Positions 16,077-22,937 of a DNA stretch of 28,707 nt are shown here, in pieces. The stretch's first letter is position 1. Every line of letters begins with the position of its first letter. The position numbers and the translations under genes were made by a program. The stretch is from Lentisphaerota bacterium (lineage in GTDB: Bacteria; Verrucomicrobiota; Lentisphaeria; Oligosphaerales; PUNB01): positions 1 to 28,707 of the forward strand of contig PUNB01000262.1 in NCBI GenBank assembly GCA_003552565.1. Reading direction: 5' to 3'. The notes beneath the pieces were generated by a model. That model did no database searches. It was not told the origin of the DNA and saw only the letters and a list, made by a program, of their open reading frames with translations.

Positions 16077-16724
16077 ATGAATAAATTGCGTTTTAGTGGT
16101 TTGATGATGATTTGTGCGGCCGCTTTGATTTTGAACGGCTGCGCTACAGGCGAAAGTGTGGTTTCTCCTGGATTCAGGGAAGCCAGTCCCGACCGAGTCG
16201 CGGTGGTTGATATCACCGGCGATATCAGAGGAGACGCGGTTAAGAACCAGGTGGAAGATTATCTTTCCATGGAGATGATGAAGAAAGGCTATCGGGTGGT
16301 TGAGCGCAGTCGCGTCCAGCAAGTTATGGAAGAACAGGATTTTCAGGTTTCCGACCGCACTTCCGCTCGGGAGGCGGCCAGGATCGGGGAAATCATGAAT
16401 ATTCCCGCCGTTATGATGCTTGATGTTAAAATTGACGGTGAAAAGCTCAGCCTCACCGGGCGGATGGTGGATTCGCAAACCGGAGAAGTTTTATGGATCG
16501 GCAGCGGCCGCGGCGGCACCGGTCGAACAATGGCCACTTTGGGCGGAGCCGTTACCGGCGGCTTGCTTGGAACTCAGGTTGGCGCTGGACGCGGTCGAGA
16601 CATTGCCACCGTTACCGGCGGCGTTTTGGGAGGAGCCGCCGGCTATACTCTGGCACCGCAGGCACAGCGGATGGTGCAGAGGGCGATTGGACAAATGGTC
16701 GATGAATTGCCGGACGCGCGTTGA
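16077..16724 (+). CDS. lipoprotein with C-terminal glycine-zipper domain (LpoB/CsgG-like N-domain?)
   Basis: Signal peptide + lipobox 'LILNGC'. N-domain 'VAVVDITGDIRGDAV..VEDYLSMEMMKKGYRVVERSRV'. C-terminal 'GAVTGGLLGTQVGAGRG..VTGGVLGGAAGY' glycine zipper. GAGGTG RBS lies 6 nt before the ATG at 16077 (a GTG at 16068 is also possible). Confidence 0.6.
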   Translation: MNKLRFSGLMMICAAALILNGCATGESVVSPGFREASPDRVAVVDITGDIRGDAVKNQVEDYLSMEMMKKGYRVVERSRVQQVMEEQDFQVSDRTSAREAARIGEIMNIPAVMMLDVKIDGEKLSLTGRMVDSQTGEVLWIGSGRGGTGRTMATLGGAVTGGLLGTQVGAGRGRDIATVTGGVLGGAAGYTLAPQAQRMVQRAIGQMVDELPDAR

Positions 16725-16874
16725 CGCTTGTGTGAGACTTTGTGGTTTCAGGTTTCAGTGTTCAGATGTCAGACAACAGAAACCATGCGAGACAAACTGT
16801 AGTAACGCATCCCATGGGACGCTTGTGAGTTTTTTTTAATTAATTTGCCTGTAACATGAAAGGATAAATGCTTA

Positions 16875-17519
16875 ATGTATGTCGGACGAATTGTAGCCGT
16901 CGGCCTGTCCCAGCAAGGGGCTTCGGCGGCGATGTATCGAGTCTCTTCCCGTTCCTTCCCCAATCGCCACGCAGTGATTCTCAATGAAACCGCGGCCATT
17001 GTCCCGAAACCGGGACACGAGGGGGATATTCAGAAAAACCCATATATCGCCTACAACTGTCTGCGTTTAACTGGCGAGTATGCTGTTGCCACCAACGGCA
17101 CTCAAACCGACCCTGTCTGTGAGAAACTTTCCGCCGGCCTGCCTCCGCGCGACGCTCTGGCTTCAGTGCTGCTGACCCTGGACTATGAAAAAGATGCCTA
17201 CAACACTCCCCGCATTGCCGCCGTGATTAATCGGCGCGGTGACTCCGCTTACCTAGGCATCGCGCGTCATGACGCGCTGCTGGTGCGGAAAATGGATCTC
17301 CAGCCCGGGAGGCTCTTTTATATCTGCACTTACGAGCATAACTTTCCGGATTCCAGTTTCGCGGATAATGATTTTGCCGTCAGTGATCCCCTTTCAGCTT
17401 GTGATTATTTGCTGGGGCAGGGGGTGTTCGCTGAATTTGAACGGCCGGTGACCGCGGCCTGCGCGGTGGCCGGAACCGACGGATTTTCTTTGGCGGCGCG
17501 GGAAGCGGTTTCGGGGTGA
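16875..17519 (+). CDS. purO: IMP cyclohydrolase, archaeal PurO type
   Basis: 'MYVGRIVAVG...YRVSSRSFPNR...NPYIAYNC...DALASVLLTLDYEKDAYNTPRIAAVIN...YLGIARHDALLVRK' is collinear with M. jannaschii PurO. Confidence 0.8.
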   Translation: MYVGRIVAVGLSQQGASAAMYRVSSRSFPNRHAVILNETAAIVPKPGHEGDIQKNPYIAYNCLRLTGEYAVATNGTQTDPVCEKLSAGLPPRDALASVLLTLDYEKDAYNTPRIAAVINRRGDSAYLGIARHDALLVRKMDLQPGRLFYICTYEHNFPDSSFADNDFAVSDPLSACDYLLGQGVFAEFERPVTAACAVAGTDGFSLAAREAVSG

Positions 17520-17532
17520 GAAAATATTGAGT

Positions 17533-17600
17533 TACCGCGCGGACGTATTATTACGTCCGGTATATTGGGCTACCGCGCGGACGTATTATTACGTCCGGTA
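17533..17600. repeat. two tandem 30-bp palindromic units 'TACCGCGCGGACGTATTATTACGTCCGGTA' separated by 8 bp
   Basis: Unit 1 at 17533-17562 and unit 2 at 17571-17600 are identical. Each contains the perfect palindrome CGGACGTA-ATTAT-TACGTCCG. They lie between the purO stop and the hisD start. Confidence 0.85.
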
Positions 17601-17691
17601 GACTTTACATTTGTCGTACTCAGGCACGTGCAATCTTACCGCGCAGCCAGCTGAAATTGGAAACAACTATCTTTCACGAAAAAATGAATTC

Positions 17692-18981
17692 ATGCGCACA
17701 TTCAAGCATACTCAATCGGATTTTACGGCGCGGTTGCAGGAACTGATAGACCGTCCGGCAGTCCCTCCGGGAATCGAAGAACGGGTGGCCGAGATTATCG
17801 AAGCTGTGGCTCGAGAAGGCGACGCGGCAATCAGCCGTTATGCCCGTGAAATCGACCAGGTTGAATTGACCTCGGAGAACTTCACTGTTCAACCGCGAGA
17901 GATAAAAAACTCCACCGAAAAGGTTTCAAGCAGTTTACGCCGGGCGATAGAACTGGCAGCCGCCCAGATTAAGCAGCTGGCCCGTCATCGAGTGCCGGTC
18001 GCCTGGCGCCAGTCTCCGCGCCCGGGGGTGGAGCTGGGAGAAACTTTTCATCCTCTTTCCCGCGTCGGCGCTTATGTTCCGGGGGGAACTGCGCCGCTGG
18101 TCTCGACGGTTCTTCATACCGCCGCTTTGGCTTCCGCCGCGGGAGTCGAAGAGATTATCCTGACGACACCGCCGGGACCCGAGGGGAGCGTTGATCCGGC
18201 TATTTTGTTCGCCGCCATGGAGTCCGGGACGGAGCAGGTCATGCGGCTCGGCGGAGTATACGGTGTCGCCGCTCTGGCGCTAGGCACGGAAACAGTTAAA
18301 AATGTGGAGAAAATAGTCGGCCCGGGCAATGCTTACGTGACTGCGGCCAAGCGCCAGCTTTACGGTCGGGTGGCCCTGGATATGGTTGCCGGCCCCTCCG
18401 AAATTATGGTCATTGGCGACGAGCAGGCCGATCCGCGCTGGGCGGCGGCGGATATGTTATCGCAGATTGAGCATGGCTCCGGCCATGAACAAGCGGTGCT
18501 GGCCAGTGATTCGGAAACCTGGCTGCGGCAGGTGGCGGATGAAGTTGAAAAGCAGTGTGCGCAACTGAGCCGTGGAGATTTCATTCGTCAGTGCCTGGAA
18601 CAGGGGGTTTACTTGTTATGTTTCCCCGATCTTCGGGAAGCCGCTGATTTCGCCGGCGCTTACGCTCCCGAGCATTTGGAACTGATGTGTGCCGGCGCTG
18701 ATGAGATGGCCTCTGAAATCAAGGCCGCCGGCGCGATTTTTATCGGGCCCTGGACTCCGGAACCGGTCGGTGATTTTGTCGCCGGTCCCAGTCATGTTCT
18801 GCCCACCGCCGGTGCCGCCCGTTTTTTCAGCGGCCTGACGGTGGAGCAGTTTTTTCGACGTATCAGTGTTGTCAAATATGAGCGGGAGGCCCTGCAAAGG
18901 GAGCTGCCGGCGATAACCGCATTGGCGGAAGCGGAAGGTCTCAGTGCTCATGGTCGCAGCGCCGCTATCCGTTTTGAATAA
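17692..18981 (+). CDS. hisD: histidinol dehydrogenase
   Basis: 'VGAYVPGGTAPLVSTVLHTAALASAAGV', 'IVGPGNAYVTAAKRQLYGRVALDMVAGPSEI' and 'QIEHGSGHEQAVL' are HisD signatures. I chose the start at MRTFKH (ATG 17692). Confidence 0.9.
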   Translation: MRTFKHTQSDFTARLQELIDRPAVPPGIEERVAEIIEAVAREGDAAISRYAREIDQVELTSENFTVQPREIKNSTEKVSSSLRRAIELAAAQIKQLARHRVPVAWRQSPRPGVELGETFHPLSRVGAYVPGGTAPLVSTVLHTAALASAAGVEEIILTTPPGPEGSVDPAILFAAMESGTEQVMRLGGVYGVAALALGTETVKNVEKIVGPGNAYVTAAKRQLYGRVALDMVAGPSEIMVIGDEQADPRWAAADMLSQIEHGSGHEQAVLASDSETWLRQVADEVEKQCAQLSRGDFIRQCLEQGVYLLCFPDLREAADFAGAYAPEHLELMCAGADEMASEIKAAGAIFIGPWTPEPVGDFVAGPSHVLPTAGAARFFSGLTVEQFFRRISVVKYEREALQRELPAITALAEAEGLSAHGRSAAIRFE

Positions 18982-18983
18982 TC

Positions 18984-19838
18984 ATGAATGAATATCTTAA
19001 ATCATCTGTGCTTGAATTGATCCGCCGGGCTTCCACAGACATGCCGGTGGATGTCGAACAGGCTTTACGAAAGGCGGCGGAAAGCGAAGAATCGGGCGGC
19101 AACGCTTATCGAACGCTGTCGGTGATGTTGGAAAATATTGAGCTGGCTCGAGACCGGAGCCGTCCTCTGTGCCAGGATACCGGTACGCTGCTGTTCTGGG
19201 TGGAGGCCGCGCCGAAACTGTGTCGGGAAGAATTTACCGCGGCGGCTCGGGAGGCGGTAAAAGAGGCTACGGAAAAAGGACTGCTGCGGCGGAATTGTGT
19301 GGATACTCTTAGCGGACGCGGTTCCGACGACAATTGGGGCAATGGTATGCCGGTGATTCATTGGAATACCAAGCCGGAGGGCGAATCCCGGGTTTCTCTG
19401 GTGCTGAAAGGCGGCGGCTGTGAGAATGTCGGCACACAGTATGCGCTGCCGGAAGAGCAGGTGGGAGCGGAAAGAGATTTGGAAGGGGTGCGTCGCTGTT
19501 GTCTGGATGCGGTTTGGCGGGCGCAGGGGCGCGGCTGTTCCCCAGGAGTGCTGGGAGTTTGTGTCGGCGGTGACCGGGCCAGCGGTTATCAGGAAAGCAA
19601 GCGTCAGTTTCTGCGAATCATTGGTGAACGCAGTCAGAATTCCCGTCTGGCGGCACTGGAGTCGCAAATTCTGGAACAGGCCAATCAATTGAATATCGGC
19701 CCCATGGGGGTCGGCGGCCGAACCGCTCTGCTGGATGTTTTTATCGGTTCTCTGGACCGGCTGCCGGCAAGCTATTTTGTAACTGTTTCTTATATGTGCT
19801 GGTCTTTTCGTCGCCAGTCGATGCAGTTGCCGGCTTGA
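18984..19838 (+). CDS. class-I fumarate hydratase / L(+)-tartrate dehydratase alpha subunit (Fe-S hydro-lyase, FumA/TtdA N-terminal type)
   Basis: 'CQDTGT', 'LKGGGCENVG', 'IGPMGVGGRTA' and the 'YMCW' Cys ligands. There is no beta-subunit gene adjacent. Confidence 0.8.
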   Translation: MNEYLKSSVLELIRRASTDMPVDVEQALRKAAESEESGGNAYRTLSVMLENIELARDRSRPLCQDTGTLLFWVEAAPKLCREEFTAAAREAVKEATEKGLLRRNCVDTLSGRGSDDNWGNGMPVIHWNTKPEGESRVSLVLKGGGCENVGTQYALPEEQVGAERDLEGVRRCCLDAVWRAQGRGCSPGVLGVCVGGDRASGYQESKRQFLRIIGERSQNSRLAALESQILEQANQLNIGPMGVGGRTALLDVFIGSLDRLPASYFVTVSYMCWSFRRQSMQLPA

Positions 19839-19904
19839 TGGAAGATTAAGGCTTTTTCTCAAAACGAATGAGTTGCTAATAGTTTTTCTTAGATTTTATG
19901 GGCA

Positions 19905-20190
19905 CCAGCTTGGTTTTAGATCTCAGGTTTCAGGTGTCAGGACTTGACAAGGCGGATCGTGCAGTGACCGATAAAGATAGTGGTTTAAGCGTAACCAAGT
20001 AAGTGTGAGACGAAGGGTGGGATGAAGAGGAAGCCGAAGTGTTTAGAAGAGAGGCCTGAAGCCCATGACACTTAACCCCCCACTTAATCGTACACTTGAG
20101 CCCACTCTTAGTTGGTTACGCTTAAGCAACCTGCTTGGGTACGAAATTCTGAAACCTGAAACCCGAAACCTGAACTCTGTCACGAACAAT
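19905..20190. repeat. structured intergenic element bounded by inverted motif-C heptamer runs, with an internal imperfect 25-bp inverted repeat
   Basis: Motif C '...CAGCTTGGTTTTAGATCTCAGGTTTCAGGTGTCAGGACTTGACAAGG' at 19905-19951. Its inverted counterpart 'CTGAAACCTGAAACCCGAAACCTGAAC' at 20148-20174. IR arms 19985-20009 vs 20104-20130 (TTAAGCGTAACCAA...). Confidence 0.65.
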
Positions 20191-20250
20191 GCATTATTTC
20201 TGAATGTGAATTGAAACAAGCTGTCCACTCAATTTGAAAAGGAATCTATT

Positions 20251-21600
20251 ATGACAACATTATTCGGTACTGATGGTATCCGGGGGCAGACCAATGCTTA
20301 CCCGGTGATTCCGGAAATCGCCCTCAGTTTGGGCAAGGCCTTGGCGCATGTTATGGAAGCAAAGGGGCATGGAACCTGTAAAGCGCTAATCGGCAAGGAT
20401 ACACGCCTTTCCGGGTACATGCTGGAAACAGCTTTGACCAGCGGCCTGGTGTCCATGGGTATGGATGTTTTTCTCGCCGGACCGATTCCCACTCCGGCGG
20501 TGGCGCACTTAACTAAAACCATGAACTGCGATGCGGGCATCATGCTGACGGCTTCACACAATCCCTTCGATGACAACGGCATAAAAATTTTCAATTCGGA
20601 AGGTTTTAAGCTTTCTGATGAACTGGAAAAGAAGATTGAGGAACATGTCCTCAGTGGAGAACTGGTGAGCGATCATATTCGCTCCGATAACCTGGGGAAA
20701 ACCTACCGTGTTGAGGATGCTCGCGGACGCTATATCGAATACGCAAAGAGCACTTCCCGCGGCCTGGAGCTGAACGGCATGAAGGTGGTGCTGGACTGCG
20801 CTAACGGCGCCGCTTATCAGATAGCTCCTTGGATATTCAAAGAACTCGGAGCGGAGGTGATAAAAATTTTCGCCTCTCCGGACGGTTATAACATCAATAA
20901 CAGTTGCGGAGCTTTGCATCCGGAAACTGTCGGCAAGGTGGTGGTCGAGAACGGAGCCGATTTGGGAATTGCCTTTGACGGCGACGCGGACCGTGTGGTC
21001 TTCTGTGACGCCGCCGGCAACGAAGTGGACGGCGACCGGGTTCTGGCCATGTGCGCGCTGGATCTCAAGTCCAGGGATGAATTGAATCACAACACTCTCG
21101 TGGTGACTTCCATGAGTAATCTCGGACTGGTGCGGAAAATGGAAGAAAACGGCATAAACGTTAAGACGACCGATGTCGGAGATCGTTTTGTAATTGAAGC
21201 CATGCGCGCCGGTAATTTCAACCTGGGCGGAGAGAAGTCCGGCCATTTGATTTTCGCTGATTACGCCACCACCGGTGACGGAATTGTCGGTGCCTTGCAA
21301 GTGCTTAGGCTGATGCGCGAAACCGGTAAGTCCCTGAGGGAGCTGGCGGACTGTTTCGATGAATACCCGCAGAAACTTCACAGTATGCAGGTGGGCGTTA
21401 AAAAACCGGTGGAGGAACAGCCCACGATGGTGGCCGAGATCGGCGCCTGCAAAGAAGCTCTCGGCGAAGAGGGCAGGGTGATTGTGCGCTACTCCGGCAC
21501 CGAAAATAAAATACGCTTTCTGGTGGAAGCGCCGTCGATTGAAACCGTGGACAGCTGGATTGAACGGCTGTGCGCCGCGGCTAAAAAGGATTTAGGTTGA
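20251..21600 (+). CDS. glmM: phosphoglucosamine mutase
   Basis: 'LFGTDGIRG', 'TASHNPFDDNGIKIF', 'GDGDADR' and 'GGEKSGH' are the alpha-D-phosphohexomutase/GlmM motifs. Confidence 0.9.
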   Translation: MTTLFGTDGIRGQTNAYPVIPEIALSLGKALAHVMEAKGHGTCKALIGKDTRLSGYMLETALTSGLVSMGMDVFLAGPIPTPAVAHLTKTMNCDAGIMLTASHNPFDDNGIKIFNSEGFKLSDELEKKIEEHVLSGELVSDHIRSDNLGKTYRVEDARGRYIEYAKSTSRGLELNGMKVVLDCANGAAYQIAPWIFKELGAEVIKIFASPDGYNINNSCGALHPETVGKVVVENGADLGIAFDGDADRVVFCDAAGNEVDGDRVLAMCALDLKSRDELNHNTLVVTSMSNLGLVRKMEENGINVKTTDVGDRFVIEAMRAGNFNLGGEKSGHLIFADYATTGDGIVGALQVLRLMRETGKSLRELADCFDEYPQKLHSMQVGVKKPVEEQPTMVAEIGACKEALGEEGRVIVRYSGTENKIRFLVEAPSIETVDSWIERLCAAAKKDLG

Positions 21601-22517
21601 TGAATTATCAAATTTTTTCACCGGCCGGCCGGGAAGACAAATGTCAGCCCATAACCATTGACCTGCCATTGACACAGACACCCCTAGGTAGCCGAGTTCT
21701 CAGTGACTGGACTGATATGAAAGCCCGCCGGGCTCTGGAGCAGAGAGAAGCTGGGGATGATGATTTGTGTTTGTATCTCTTTTCCGACTGCTGGTTTTCA
21801 GAGAATATTATCTCTCAGCTGATAACCCTGGAACGGCCTGGAGCTGTGAAAGACCGGCGGGGCGAAGTCATCGCCTGGCTGGGAACGGAAGGGGACACTG
21901 ATCCGGAGAACTTGCCCGATAAAGTTCTCAGTGCCGACGCTGACAGTTTTCGTATTCTATACCCGTGGGATCTTCTGAGAGCCCATGAACTGGCGGTCGG
22001 TTCATTGTCCGAGTCCGACCTCCAGGGGGATGTCAGCCCTTTGGCGGTTATCGAAGGAACAGCGGTCGTTGGTGCCGGTACTCGTCTGTTGCCGGGAGTC
22101 TTTATTGAGGGCAAGGTGGTTATCGGCAAAAATTGTAAGATCGGCCCCAACTGCTATCTGCGCGGCGGTACTTCCATCGGCGATAACTGCCATATAGGTC
22201 AGGCAGTGGAAATAAAAAATTCCCTGATCATGAACGGCTGTTCTCTCGGTCATCTGAGCTATTGCGGTGATTCAATCCTGGCGGAGAAAGTTAATTTCGG
22301 CGCCGGCACGATTACCGCCAATCTTCGCCATGATAACGGCGATCATCGTTCGATGATCGATGGGCAGCTAGTGAATACTGAAAGACGCAAATTCGGCACG
22401 GTGGTCGGCCGCGGTGTGCACACAGGCATTCACACCAGCATTTATCCGGGACGAAAATTCTGGCCCTCCACCGGCACTCGCCCCGGAGCGATCGTTGAAA
22501 AAGATGTTATGGAGTGA
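21600..22517 (+). CDS. left-handed beta-helix (hexapeptide-repeat) acetyltransferase-like protein, GlmU C-terminal-domain-like, no nucleotidyltransferase domain
   Basis: 'ILYPWDLL' linker motif, then hexapeptide repeats 'VIGKNCKIGPNCYLRGGTSIGDNCHIGQAVEIKNSLIM...NFGAGTITANLRHDNG'. The start overlaps the glmM stop (TGATG). Confidence 0.6.
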   Translation: MNYQIFSPAGREDKCQPITIDLPLTQTPLGSRVLSDWTDMKARRALEQREAGDDDLCLYLFSDCWFSENIISQLITLERPGAVKDRRGEVIAWLGTEGDTDPENLPDKVLSADADSFRILYPWDLLRAHELAVGSLSESDLQGDVSPLAVIEGTAVVGAGTRLLPGVFIEGKVVIGKNCKIGPNCYLRGGTSIGDNCHIGQAVEIKNSLIMNGCSLGHLSYCGDSILAEKVNFGAGTITANLRHDNGDHRSMIDGQLVNTERRKFGTVVGRGVHTGIHTSIYPGRKFWPSTGTRPGAIVEKDVME

Positions 22518-22870
22518 GGTTTCGTATTGTGGCTATAAAAACCTGGTGTCTCATACAAGCCCAGCCGCCGGCGCAAAGCGCCTGATACCCCGGATGGAAA
22601 CAGCGGCTAACGAAGAACCGTGACCCTATCCGTGTGTATCCGTGTTAATCCGTGGTGAAAAAAGGCAGAAAATAAAACCACGGATGGACACAGATTAACA
22701 CTGATATAAAATGGTTCGTTTCTAGTGGGAAAAACGGAGAACAAAACGACCGTGTTTCACATAAGCCTGATCGCCGGCGCGATGCACGCCGAATACCCTG
22801 AGGGTGAGACTGTTGCGGCATAAAAAACCTTGTCTCGAACCTTGTCCAGTTTTTTTTGACTTTTTGTGCC

Positions 22871-22910
22871 AAAAAAAAGAGCGTTCACCTTCGCGAGGGG
22901 GTGAACGCTC
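22871..22910 (-). terminator. rho-independent terminator of the secretin operon
   Basis: On the minus strand, an 11-bp perfect stem GAGCGTTCACC/GGTGAACGCTC with a 10-nt loop is followed immediately by T8. It lies 28 nt downstream of the secretin stop. Confidence 0.8.
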
Positions 22911-22937
22911 TAACAATAGCTATCTCATTTTTTCAGA

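Noticed and set aside
15987-16478. 163-aa minus-strand ORF overlapping the lipoprotein gene
   Set aside because: It overlaps the 5' half of a plus-strand gene with signal peptide, lipobox and RBS. It is His/Asn-rich nonsense.
17533-17600. Possible mini-CRISPR array (two identical 30-bp repeats)
   Set aside because: Only two units separated by an 8-bp spacer, not 25-40 bp. The units are perfect palindromes typical of operator/REP elements. No cas genes in the window.
17611-17691. His-operon leader peptide / attenuator upstream of hisD
   Set aside because: The upstream in-frame segment 'MSYSGTCNLTAQPAEIGNNYLSRKNEF' has no run of His codons. The start at ATG 17692 is preferred.
19065-19862. 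265-aa minus-strand ORF
   Set aside because: It is entirely antisense to the well-supported fumarate hydratase alpha gene, and its composition (R/S/P/Q-rich) is typical of a shadow ORF in GC-rich coding DNA.
19839-20250. glmS ribozyme or other known riboswitch upstream of glmM
   Set aside because: The glmS ribozyme precedes glmS, not glmM, and its conserved core motifs are absent. The structure is instead built from the genome's own repeat modules.
20554-21381. 275-aa minus-strand ORF
   Set aside because: Antisense to glmM. Shadow ORF.
22645-22916. 75-aa and 64-aa minus-strand ORFs in the glmM-downstream / secretin-terminator intergenic region
   Set aside because: They span the ATCCGTG inverted repeats, 12-mer repeats and the terminator hairpin. 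No coding signal.
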